Source: Guillardia theta CCMP2712
Lineage: Eukaryota; Protista; Cryptophyta
Reading direction: 5' to 3'
Assembly (NCBI RefSeq): GCF_000315625.1
Contig: NW_005434599.1
Location: forward strand, 352,595 to 416,594
DNA length: 64,000 bases
This document shows positions 1 to 10,927 of the stretch, piece by piece. The translations under genes and the position numbers were made by a program. The notes beneath the pieces were generated by a model that saw only the letters and a list, made by a program, of their open reading frames with translations, made no database searches and had not been told where the DNA came from. The number at the start of each line of letters is the position of its first letter. Position 1 is the stretch's first letter.

Positions 1-905
1 GTCAGATAAACACCCTTTGAAGGAGAGACTGAAAGTGAGCAGATATCGCCGCTAGACTTTCTTTCTCCTCCAACGCACCAAGTGAGTCACATCCTCCTCC
101 CCCTCTCCGCGTTTCCCTTCTCCTTCTCGCTCGTCTGATTCCTCCTCCTCCTGTGCTCCAGCAGGAAGAGGAGGGAAAGGGGGGGATTGTTTTGCACTTG
201 TCAACTAAAGTGACAACTTCCTGCAGTTTTCTTTCCGCCCTGCTCCCTCCTCCTCGCTCCTCCTCCTCCTCCTCCTTGCCCCCCTCCTCCACCTTGTCGT
301 CTCCTCCTCCTGGTCCTCTCCTCATGCCTCGCAGAGACTCCTCGGGACCGCGTTGTCCCCGTCACTCCCGGCAGAAGCGTCTTCCTCGCACCACTCCGTC
401 GCGTCCTGCGAGAAATTCCTGGGGGGGGACCCAACAAGCCGCCAACTCCTAAGAGCATCGAGCCAGGTCTCCTCCCACTCCCACTCCCATCCTCCTCCTT
501 CTTCCTCCCTCGCCTCCTCCTGCCCTCTTCCTCATCCTCCCCTTTCGCTCTGACTCTGCTGGTCTCCTGCTCCCTCGCACTTCTCTGCTCAGCAAGCGTG
601 ACCTCGCCGAGCCTTCTTCCTCACTTCTCCGATTGGACAGCGTACAGGAAGAGCGAGGTGCGGAGGAGGATCGAGAGGAGGAAGAGGGGCGAGAGAGGAG
701 GGGGGGGGGAGGAAAGCGAGGGGAGGAGGGGAGGAGGGGAGGAGGGAAGGAGGGGAGGAGGGGGAGGAGGGAAGGAAGTGATAGAGGAGGGGAGGAAGGG
801 GTCGTCTGAAGGATGCAGCAGGAGGGAGATCATGTGAGCACGGGGCTGCTGGGAATGGGAGGCGCTGCCTTCGATCCGACGTCATGGTTCTCACATATCG
901 GTGAG
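1..905 (+). CDS. 3' exons of an unidentified gene entering from the left edge
   Basis: Short non-repetitive segments bounded by AG/GT sites (about 335-466, 592-657, 822-901) between CT/GA-rich intron-like tracts; no recognisable domain. Confidence 0.3.
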
Positions 906-1025
906 GCCAAGGACGGGGAAGGAAAGAGGAGGGAGGAGGAGGGAGGAGGGAAGAAGGAGGAGGGAGGAGGGAGGAGATGAGCAAGTAAATTAGATTTTCA
1001 CTCTTCTCTCTCTCCTCGCTCAGTC

Positions 1026-2883
1026 TCAGTCTGTCTTCTTGCTCGGCTTCTTCTTTTCATCATCCTTCTTGTCGAAACCAAACCCGGAGAGCGCCGCATC
1101 ATGCGTGACCTTCTCGCCTTTGCCAAACACCTGTGCCAGCTTCTTCAACTTCCTGTCCCTCCTCCTCCCCCTCCAACTCCTCGTCCTCGTCCTCCCCTCA
1201 TGTCTCCTTTCCTCTCCTCTCCACTCTCACCATCTCGTACACGCCATCCTCGGGAGCTCCACCGATCTCGTCGGGGCAGAGGAAGCAGACGCCGACGAGG
1301 CGCGTCAACCACTCCCAGGGGTTTTCAACCTGCTGCGCGTGAGACAACCGACCAGGCTGAGGAGGAGCAAGAAGGAGAAGGGAGGGAGGGAGGGAGGGAG
1401 GGAGAGGAGTGAGAGGAGGGAGTGAGAGGAGGGAGTGAGAGGAGGGAGGGAGTGGGGGAGAGGAGGGAGAGGAGAGGAGAGGAGGGAGGGAGATGAGGGA
1501 GACCTTGAGAAGCTCATGAACTGAGAGCACGAAGACCCACAGAAGCCAGATGCACGTCCTCGCTTGATCGTGCTGGGAGCGAGTCAGAGGGTGAAGCAGA
1601 TGGAGAGAGGAGGCGGGAGCCAAAAGACAGAAGGCCCGATGAGACTGGCGACGAGGAGCAGCTGGCAAAGGAGGAGCAAGGAGAGCAGCAGGGCAGGAGG
1701 TTTTCACCGTAAGAAGTGCGTCTTTGCCGTAGGGGAGGAACTCGTGGGGGTTACGGAGGAGGTAGTAGACGCAGGAGGTGAAGAAGGCCGTTCTGACGGT
1801 CATGGACGGGCCTTTGAGCACAGGGGGAGTTCCGAACATCCAGTCTGAGCTCTGCCAACCCCTCAGTCCTCCTCCTCCTCCTCCTACTCTCCCTCACTTC
1901 CTCTCACCTTTCCGATCATGCCCAACCAGTTGGCAAGGATTCCTCCTCCACAGCCTGCGATCATCCCGCAGAAGATCGCCATTGGTCCGGACCCCACCAC
2001 CTCACCATCCCGTCATGACCCCACCACCTCACCATCCCGCCATCACCCCACCATCACTCCATCCCGCCATCACCCCAACTCATCTTGACCCTCCTCCTGC
2101 CCCCTTCTCCCTCCTCCTCTCTTCCTCACCATGTGCGCACTTTTCAGGGCCCCATCGGCGCCCCAGGAGGAGGTAGCGTGACCGCAGGAGAAGGAGTTGA
2201 TGTAGCCGAAGACAAGTTCCACGCTCCGATGCCGCGTGATGAACTTGTATGGCACGTTCCTTCAACGTCGTCAGACTCTTCATGCTCCTCCTCCCTCCCT
2301 CCCTCCCTCCCTCCCTCCCTCCCTCCCTCCTCTCCCTCCCTCAACTTCCTCATTCCTCCCCTTCTTCTAATCCTCTCCATGAGAGACTTGCTTGTCACCC
2401 TCCACTACCTGTCCTCCCTCCCTCTCCTCCTTCCTCGCTCACCCTGGGCAGCAGAAGATCAGCCAAAAGGCGAGGAGGAAGGCGAAGGGACTGCTGAGCG
2501 AGCCCATCCAGCCTGGCGGTTGCCCGAGAAAGAGAGCAGCAACGGTCGTTCCTCCGAAGGTTCCCACGGCACAAGAGATCAAAACCTGCAACAAGATCAG
2601 GACCAGGCTCGACTCTTCTCCCTTCCTCTACCCTCCCTTCTTGCTCACGACCTCCTTCCCGCTTCTGTCCCATCTCTCACCCCTCTAACTTCCCCCTCCG
2701 TCCCCAGTCCTCTACCTGGAGCCAGGGATGTTTAGCCTTCCCCATATGCCTGCGGTAGGAGGCACAAGTATCAAGCGCGAGGATGAGATCGAGGAAAGAC
2801 GAGTGGAAGGGGAGCAGCGGGATGGCCCAGCTCTCTGACTGCAAGAAGACGTCCTGGATACTATCGAACGATGCCATCATCAT
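1026..2883 (-). CDS. Trimeric intracellular cation (TRIC/TMEM38-like) channel, multi-exon
   Basis: Spliced translation: KHPWLQ|VLISCAVGTFGGTTVAALFLGQPPGWMGSLSSPFAFLLAFWLIFCCPG ... MAIFCGMIAGCGGGILANWLG. Both glycine-cluster motifs of TRIC are present; the protein ends KKTD* (KKxx ER-retrieval signal). Confidence 0.75.
1991..2080. repeat. Intronic 27-bp tandem repeat (ccccaccacctcaccatcccgtcatga-like), about 3 copies
   Basis: Directly visible degenerate copies inside a TRIC-gene intron. Confidence 0.7.
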
Positions 2884-3659
2884 GTTCCTCGACACAGGTT
2901 CTGTGAGGCAAGTCAATCCACTCAGCTCTCACATCCCATCCTGCTCCCCCGCGTATCCCCCCCGGACTCCCCCCGGTTCCTTCTCTTGTCTCCCCACTTC
3001 CGCATTGATTGTTTGAAGACCATCCATCCTATCACTCCCTCACCGCTGTCTCACACTCTCATTTCTTCTCTCTTCCTCTCTCCCTCCCTATCCTTGTACT
3101 GCTCTTAGACATCCTTTGATTCACTCTGCCCTCCCCTGTATCCAATCCTATTCTTCCGTTCCACTATCCGTCTGTTCTGTCTTGCAATCTCTTGTCCTGG
3201 CTTGTCCTGGCTTTCTTTCTGCTCCCCTTTCCTCCTCTTTCCACCCTCTCCTTTGCTTCTCCACCTCTCCCCTGCTCTCCTCCTCACTCCTCTCTACCCC
3301 TCTGCTCGCTTCTTCCTCCATCTCCTCTCTTTCCCCACCTCGTCATGTCTTCTACTCCCCTCCTCTCTCCTCCCTCTCTCCTCCCTCGCTCCTCCCTCTC
3401 TCCTCCTCTCTCTACCCATCCCTCTCTTACCTTCGATCTTGACCGTTTTCCTCCACCACGCCATGTTCGCAGCCTCCAAGGGCTCACCCTACCCCAAAAA
3501 CAACTACCCTACCCAGGAATATTGATACCACCCCTTGTGGTCAACCCCCAAATTCATATAAAAGATCCTACAAGAAATACCACCCCACCTCTCTCATATC
3601 ACCCACCCTACCTAGGATCTTCCTGTACCCCACCACACCTATTCCTCCGTTCGCTCCGC

Positions 3660-4450
3660 TGAGTCACAAAAAATCCGCCGATGGCCCGGCCGGCCCGCCG
3701 CTTAATTAACGCCGGGCCCGGCGTAGTACTACGCCGGGTACGAGCGGAGTCCGTACCGTACGGTCTCGGCCGGCCCCCGGCGCCGGGTGACCCACGGGGC
3801 CATGCCGGCACATGATGGGCCCCGGCCGGGCGCCGGGCGCCGGGCCGCAGACGGTCACCGTACTGTACGGTACTGGCACGGTGAGTCACTAGTACTGAGT
3901 GACCGTCTGCGGACTCCGCCTCGGAGCCTGGGCCGCCCCCGGGCCCGGGCCGCGGCCCCCGGCGGTGACGGACAGTGCTTGAAACAGATTCTAAAGTTTA
4001 CTCTCACTTTCGAGTAAGAGTCAGTTTTAGTATCCTGGGGGTTAGACCGTCTTGGTCACACTACAGTGAGTCATACCATCATTCAATGCCAGGGCAAGTT
4101 CCGAGCCAAGGCTTACTAAGTTAGTAACTTGACGGGCCGCCGCGGGCCCCGGCCCGGCCCGGGGTTGCCGGCGAGCACCCCGGGCGTACTACGGTAGTAA
4201 CGGCAGTGATCATCAGATCAAGTAGTAAGGTGCGGGCCCGGCCCGCACTGCGGCGCCGCTACTACAGTGAGTCCCTGAGTCTAAAGCCTCGCCGGAGCAC
4301 TTTGATATAAGTCAAATTCCTACGGCCGGGCCGCGCGGCGGGCCCGGTGGCGGCATTGGCAACTTGAAAACAGTTCGGAACTCGGAAGTTGAACTTTTGA
4401 GAGTACTTGGCAAAGTTGGTAGGCCCAGATCCGTCCGAACTTTCAGTGGA
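3660..4450. promoter_or_regulatory. GC-rich palindrome island between divergent TRIC and AMT genes
   Basis: Perfect palindromes 3709-3724 (acgccgggcccggcgt) and 3717-3738 (cccggcgtagtactacgccggg); hairpin 4230-4248; several TGAGTCA; flanked by TACCC-rich tracts. Regulatory role is inferred from position. Confidence 0.5.
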
Positions 4451-5178
4451 CCCCTGTGAAATAGGGGACTTCTCCGCCTGAGATGAGGGTGGGGTACCTC
4501 GAGGGCTGTAACTTACCAGGCGCAACGAGGAGACGTTACTCACCACCCCTAGTCATCACCTAAACCACCCCATCCCTCCCCTATCTCTGTTCACAATGCC
4601 ATACACCCACCCCTCTACATCATATCTTGTGGTCATCGGAGGGGTAGGGTAGGTGACCAGATCCTTTCCTCTTGGTACCCCCCTACCCCCCCAAGGCCTG
4701 ACTTTATAACCCCACCCCAACATATAGAAGTGACCAATAGCAAAATGTATTTTAAAAAAGAAGTAGTCTCAAGTCTAGTCCCCACCTTACACCCGCACTA
4801 TGCTGCTCCTCCCCCGTCCTCTTTCCCTTCTTCTCTGCTCCTTCCCTTCCTCTTCAGGCATATCCCTCGCTTCTCTTCATCCTTCAACCTCCTGCCTCCC
4901 TATTGACTGATCCTATCCTATCTCCTTGACCCATCCTCTGTTGTTTTGACATACCTTCTTCCCAGTACGAAAAACAGTTCGCCTTTGGTCCTATCGCCTT
5001 TCTGTTCCTCCATCTTCGCCTTCATTGTGCACGATTACCCTGATCCCGCTATTTTCTTCCAATTTCTTTCTCACACGACTGATAAGTTGATTCGCTCCAC
5101 CCTCCCTTTCATTTTACCCCCTTCTCATGATTGCTGCTCGCAGAGTGCTGCGCAGCTTACACGAGCCAGTCGGTTGCG

Positions 5179-7571
5179 ATGACTTCAGCGAGTCTCGAGC
5201 AGCAGATTCAGGTCTCTTCTTGGTAACATCTTGGAAGCTCAACGAGTCTGTAGGAGATCTTCACGCAATTGCGTTCCTTGTCTGCTGCCATCAACCAGAC
5301 CAATGTGAGCGACTCCTCGGCTGATGGCGGAGGGTCCTGACTCCTTCTAGGCTCTTGTCAGGCAACAGCAACATCAAATCGAAAATCTCTCCTCCCAAGA
5401 TGTGAGTCATGAGAACTTTAAGGGTCTTGAATCGGAAGGATTGAGATTGACTGGTTGCTCGTCGCTTGTTTTCCAGTCTGTGCATTCTACAGCCATTTCA
5501 TTCCTTGAGAAGGTCAACATGATGCATGCGGCAATTTCATGCTGAGCTTTGATGTATGCAGAAAGCTCACTCCGGTGACACATCATGGATGTTAAGTACG
5601 AGATCAATGTCAGCAAGGCTTCTCGCTCGTAACTTCCTCTGCAGTGTCGACTGCTCTGGTTGTGATGATGACAACTCCTGGCCTCGCCATGTTCTACGGA
5701 GGACTCGCACAGGTGCGGGTGACCTGAGGAAGTCTGTCGATCTTATCGAATCTGCCCAAGGCTCCCAACGTCTTGTCGACTGTCATGCAAAGTTTCTCCA
5801 TCATGTGCATCGTCAGCTTCTTGTGGTTTGCTATGGGCTACTCGTTCGCCTTCGCCGAGGTACCACGCCGCCTGCTTCTCCTGAATGACTGAGCTTCTCG
5901 CATCTCTCAGGGTAGCGTCATCGTGGGCAACAGCTCAAAGTTCTGGCTTGCACACATGGACGGGCACAGAGTGAAGGATGATTCGGAGAAGCTCTTCATG
6001 GTCTATCAGATGACCTTCGCCGTGATCAGGTGAAAACCTCGAGCATCTCGCTCATTTCATGATACTGGTGGCAGTGCTGCAATCATTTGTGGGTCCTTCG
6101 CTGAGAGAATGCGATTCAGCGCCATGCTCGTCTTCGTCGCGATCTGGCATCTGCTCGTCTACTGTCCTGTCGCTCACTGGGCTTGGGGTCCCGGTGGTTT
6201 CCTGCATGCAGCTGGATGTCTGGACTTTGCAGGCGGGGACGTGGTGCACGTGAGCGCTGGGGTGACAGGCCTGGTTGCTTCCATGCTCGTTGGAAAGAGA
6301 AGGTCGCTTTCTCTCGGTCAAGAGCTCACTCCTCATAACGCGCTGCTCGTCTTCCTCGGAGCCTCGCTGCTGGTGAGCCTCCCCTGTCTCAGTTCGGGGC
6401 GCTAAGAGCTGTGCGGTAGTGGGTCGGATGGTTCGGCTTCAACGCTGGCTCCTCCTTCGCTGCGGACGATGTCGCGATCAACGCTATGGCAGCCACACAG
6501 ATGTCTGGTGACTTGAGCTGCTGCTGGGGGTCCAGACTGACTCTAAGGCTGCAGGAGCTTGCGGGGGCCTCACGTGGATGATAGTCGAGTGGGTCTATGC
6601 CAAGAAACCCTCGGTCGTAGGGATCGTCAGGTAGTTTGCAGCTCCCCTGTCCTGCTCGCCCCCAGCTGATCTCTTGCAGTGGGTCCATCTCTGGGCTGGT
6701 CGTTGTCACCCCCAGCTGTGGGTACATCGATCAGACTGGAGCTGTTTGCATCGGAGCGCTGGGAGGGCTCGCCTGCTTCTTCAGCATCCAACTGAAGCAC
6801 GTGCTGGTACGCCTGCCCATGCGCATCCCTGCCAGTAACGAGAGGCTAGGGGTATGACGACGCTCTCGACGCCTTCGGCATGCATGGCATCGGCGGCGTC
6901 CTCGGGTGCATCCTGACAGGATTCTTTGCGAACAAGCACGTGAGCGGCAAGGAAGAGATCAACGGGGCCTTCTACGGAAAGCCTTCACAGGTCAGTCTCA
7001 TGCTGCGTGAGGTGTGAGGGAGTGAGGTGAGTTGGTCATCAGATCTACATCCAGCTCTACGGCGTCGTTGTCATCAGCGTGTACTGTGCTGTCATGACTT
7101 TCTTGATCCTCAAGCCCTTGGACCTGGTCCTCCACTTCGAAGCTTCCTCCCCTCCCTGATGTGACGGCAGGTCATGCTCAAGACTTTAGGCATTGGGATT
7201 CGATGCTCGCCGGAGGAGGAGAGCCAGGGACTTGACATCTCGCAGCACGGAGAGTCGCTGATTGTCGACGCGTCTCTCCTCGGATCCCCCAAGGTCGTTC
7301 CTCCGCTCCTCTCTGCTCTCGTCATGGTCCTCCTTGTCCTCCTTGTTCGCTGACTTGGTTACAGTTGAAGCTTGGCAAGGGGGATAGCAGCGGGAGAAGC
7401 AGCGGGGCAAGTAGCGGGGTAAGCAGTGGATGGGCAGCTGTAGATACAACGATATCGCGAGTGATTGTGAGCGAGCCGGTTACGGTGACCAACAAAGTCT
7501 TGCCGTTCGAGCAAGACGTCGAAGAAGGAAGAGGGAGGGAGCAGCACACGGATGATGGTAGTCTTACATAA
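5179..7571 (+). CDS. AMT: Ammonium transporter (Amt/Mep family), multi-exon
   Basis: SGDTSWML, PGLAMFYGGL, YQMTFAVI, GSFAERMRFSAM, DFAGGDVVHVSAG, WVGWFGFNAGS, YDDALDAFGMHGIGG, GLDISQHGE. Start is tentative, and the 3' end may extend to 7710 via an intron. Confidence 0.93.
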
Positions 7572-7789
7572 ACTCTCATACGAAGGAAGAGAGAAGGAGC
7601 AGCACACGGATGGCAGTCGTACTGATGGATCGCATGCCAGCCGTGCCAGTCAGATAGCGCCGAGTCAACACAACTCTCCTGTAAACCAGAATGACCCTGA
7701 CGTGTTGTGAGGCGGCAATGTAGCCTAGACGACTCGGTCTTGAGCAGAAACTGAAGTAACTACTACTGTCTTGTTGCAGCTGAGGTCGA

Positions 7790-7932
7790 CTCTCACATGA
7801 AGTAGTCTTACATCAGCTCTCACATGAAGTAGTCTTACATCAGCTCTCACATGAAGTAGTCTTACATGAGCTCTCACATGAAGTAGTCTTACATGAGCTC
7901 TCACATGAAGTAGTCTTACATGAGCTCTCATA
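7790..7932. repeat. 27-bp tandem minisatellite, 5 copies plus a partial (ctctcacatgaagtagtcttacat[c/g]ag)
   Basis: Near-identical units with period 27 starting at 7790. Confidence 0.95.
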
Positions 7933-8148
7933 CACTGGCCGCACTTGCCGGTAGCTGCGTCGAGACCTTCAACACTCGCAAGTTGGCGTGGCGGCGACTT
8001 CCAGGGCGACTTCCTTCTATGAGCAGGATATGAGGGGGATGATGGGTGCGAGCGGAGATGTGGATACGGAGGCCGCGCAGGTACGAAGCGGACGATGGGC
8101 GGGAACGGAGGGACGAGGACGAGGACGAGGAGCAGAAGAAGAAGCGCA

Positions 8149-10817
8149 ATGAGCGAAACTTCTCTCGCCCTCTTGGTTTTGTTCAGCTGCGGATGCCTCG
8201 GACCGGTTCATGGCTTCAGAGCATCGAGCTCGATGCTTCCGGGAAAAGCTTGCAAGGCAACATCATCTATGCAAGGCAGCATGCGGATGAAGATGCCGGA
8301 GCATTATGTTGGGATCCCGAGGGGACGAAGATCTTTTCTACCGTCTTTCCTCACCTTCAACGACGACAGAAGGGATTTAGCGCCAAGGCCGGGGCAAACA
8401 ACACTGTTGCGAGCCTCCGAGGGAATGGGTGGCGCATCTGCGGACGAGGAGGTGCTGGAGGCGATGCGGTCGATGACGATGAATGAGCTCAAAGCTGAGC
8501 TTCGACGAATCGGACTTCCAACAACTGGCAAGAAGACAACACTGATAGCACGACTGATCTCCTCTTCCGATTTCGACCCGAAGAATGCCAAGGAGCAAAT
8601 GATGAGAAAAGAAGAAAAAGAAACAGAAATAGATTCAACACAACAGAGCAAACCGATTCAGCCAACCCAAGAACAACCACTCAAACCTTCCAAACAGCGA
8701 ACCAAGACGCAAGCTATGAAAACATCAAGCGGTACCGGCTTTGGAAAACCAAAAAATGACGAATACATCATTCAAGCGAACAAGCTCCTGCAGGAAGCTG
8801 AGCAGCTGCTGGCCAAGGGCGACCTGGCTGGCGCCGGAGAGGCGGCCAGGCGAGCAGGCGCAGAGTACGAGAAGGCAGAGGCAGGAGAGGTGCCGGCGCT
8901 GGCGAAGCTGCGCAAGCGGCTTGAGGAGGAGGAGCAGAAGAAGCAAGCGCAGGCGGCGATGATCGCAGCAGGCGACAAGCAGGTCGAGGAGGCAGAGCAG
9001 CTGCTGGCCAAGGGCGACCTGGCTGGCGCCGGAGAGGCGGCCAGGCGAGCAGGCGCAGAGTACGAGAAGGCAGAGGCAGGAGAGGTGCCGGCGCTGGCGA
9101 AGCTGCGCAAGCGGCTTGAGGAGGAGGAGCAGAAGAAGCAAGCGCAGGCGGCGATGATCGCAGCAGGCGACAAGCAGGTCGAGGAGGCAGAGCAGCTGCT
9201 GGCCAAGGGCGACCTGGCTGGCGCCGGAGAGGCGGCCAGGCGAGCAGGCGCAGAGTACGAGAAGGCAGAGGCAGGAGAGGTGCCGGCGCTGGCGAAGCTG
9301 CGCAAGCGGCTTGAGGAGGAGGAGCAGAAGAAGCAAGCGCAGGCGGCGATGATCGCAGCAGGCGACAAGCAGGTCGAGGAGGCAGAGCAGCTGCTGGCCA
9401 AGGGCGACCTGGCTGGCGCCGGAGAGGCGGCCAGGCGAGCAGGCGCAGAGTACGAGAAGGCAGAGGCAGGAGAGGTGCCGGCGCTGGCGAAGCTGCGCAA
9501 GCGGCTTGAGGAGGAGGAGCAGAAGAAGCAAGCGCAGGCGGCGATGATCGCAGCAGGCGATGTTGGTTCTGAGGTGAGGATGTTTTTTTTGTGTGTTGAT
9601 TTTTATTCCGTTCATTTCGTTTTGCTTGTTGTTTGCATGATATGATTTGATATTGTTGCTATGACCTTTATGTTGCCTTTCTTTGTTTTTAACTTTGTTT
9701 TGGTCAAGTCGATCAAGGATGCAAATGTTCAAGATGAGTTGCTTGATTGGGCTGATTTTGCTGAAGAAGTGAGTTCAATCTTGCTTTTTCTTCCTTTTCT
9801 TCTTGCCTCACTGTTATTCTCTCGCTCCCCCTCCATCTTCCCGTTCTCCCCTCTCTCTCACTCGCCGTCAGGATCAAGACTTCGAGATCACCGGCAAAGG
9901 TTTCAAATTTCCTGAGCCGCAGCTGAAGGAGCAGAAACTCGACGTGGACGAGGAGCCGCCGCGAGCCAACATGACCAAAGAGCAGCTGCTGGAGGCCTGG
10001 AAGGCGCGAGCTCAGGTGTACAGGCGCCGCATCGACCGAGTCAACGACCAGGTGCTGAGAGCTCTGCTGGGGTGTCTGCTGAAGGCTAGTAGGTGCTGGA
10101 GGTGTTCCGAAGGTATGACAAGCGCGCGACGGGGACGATGGCGATGGGAGACATGCGGGAAGCGTTGACAAGCCTTGGCATCCAACTCTCAGACAAGGAA
10201 ATGACGTCCTGCCTTCACGCCTCTTCTCTCCCTTGCCCTGCTCTGCCCTGCTCTGCCCTCCTCATTCTCTTTGCTGGTCGCCTTCATGCCCCTGACGCTG
10301 CCGCAGGAGCTCGAGGACATCAAGCTCTCTGTCCCGCTCATCGGCCCTGACCGATGCTCCGCCAATGCCTTCCAGAAGGTCGTCGAGAACTTCAACCCGG
10401 CGCTCCGTGTGTCAACCGGGCCCTCTTTGACCTCCCAGGTGCCTCTTCGCGCTTCTCAGCTCGTTTGTCAAACTAGTCCAGCTGGGGCTGACAATTTCTC
10501 AGGTCTTCAAGGTTTTGGGTGAGGGTCTCGTGCTGGCTGGTGGGGTCGTGAAACGGGCGGTGGAGCAGAGAAGGCAGGAGAAAGAGGCGGTAGAGACGCT
10601 GACGTCGCTGCTCAAGGAGACCTCCAAAAAGCCTCCAGCTGCAGGCGGCGTTGGAGGGGCGGTAGCTGAGAAGAAGCAGGAGGCAAAGAAGGAGCTGGGG
10701 GAGTGGCGGGAAGCGATCGATGCTTCATCAGGGGAGGTGTACTACTGGAACACAGTGACGCGAGAGGCGAGCTGGACTCTTCCGAGCTCCTCCGACTCGA
10801 CAAGCTCACGGAAGTGA
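8149..10817 (+). CDS. Putative plastid-targeted protein: signal peptide + SAP domain + 4 x 65-aa TPR-like repeats + EF-hand-like + WW domain
   Basis: MSETSLALLVLFSCGCLGPVHG-F leader; SAP MTMNELKAELRRIGLPTTGKKTTLIARL; EF-hand-like VFRRYDKRATGTMAMGDMREAL; WW GEWREAIDASSGEVYYWNTVTREASWTLP. Exon joining after 9573 is inferred. Confidence 0.65.
8800..9560 (+). repeat. Coding 195-bp tandem repeat, about 4 identical copies
   Basis: gacctggctggcgcc recurs at 8821, 9016, 9211 and 9406 (period 195). Confidence 0.97.
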
Positions 10818-10927
10818 GAGCTGGGGGGAAGCAGGAAGGCAGCAGAGGAGAGGGGAGGGGAGGTGGAGGGAGGTTGATATAGTTTACAGCAGGGGAGGTG
10901 GAGGAAGATACATATGATACACGAGAC

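Noticed and set aside
1-3660. Numerous Pro/Ser/Leu- or Gly/Glu/Arg-rich ORFs
   Set aside because: Products of CT/GA microsatellite-like introns and intergenic tracts that lack stop codons.
3480-4800. Palindrome island as a MITE or other transposon
   Set aside because: No terminal inverted repeats, target-site duplication or colinear similarity to the other islands could be seen by eye; not fully excluded without self-BLAST.
7790-7932. 27-bp array as a CRISPR
   Set aside because: Units are contiguous with no unique spacers, there are no cas genes, and the context is eukaryotic.
8725-9732. Long minus-strand ORFs (335 aa, 242 aa)
   Set aside because: Antisense shadows of the GC-rich 195-bp coding repeat.
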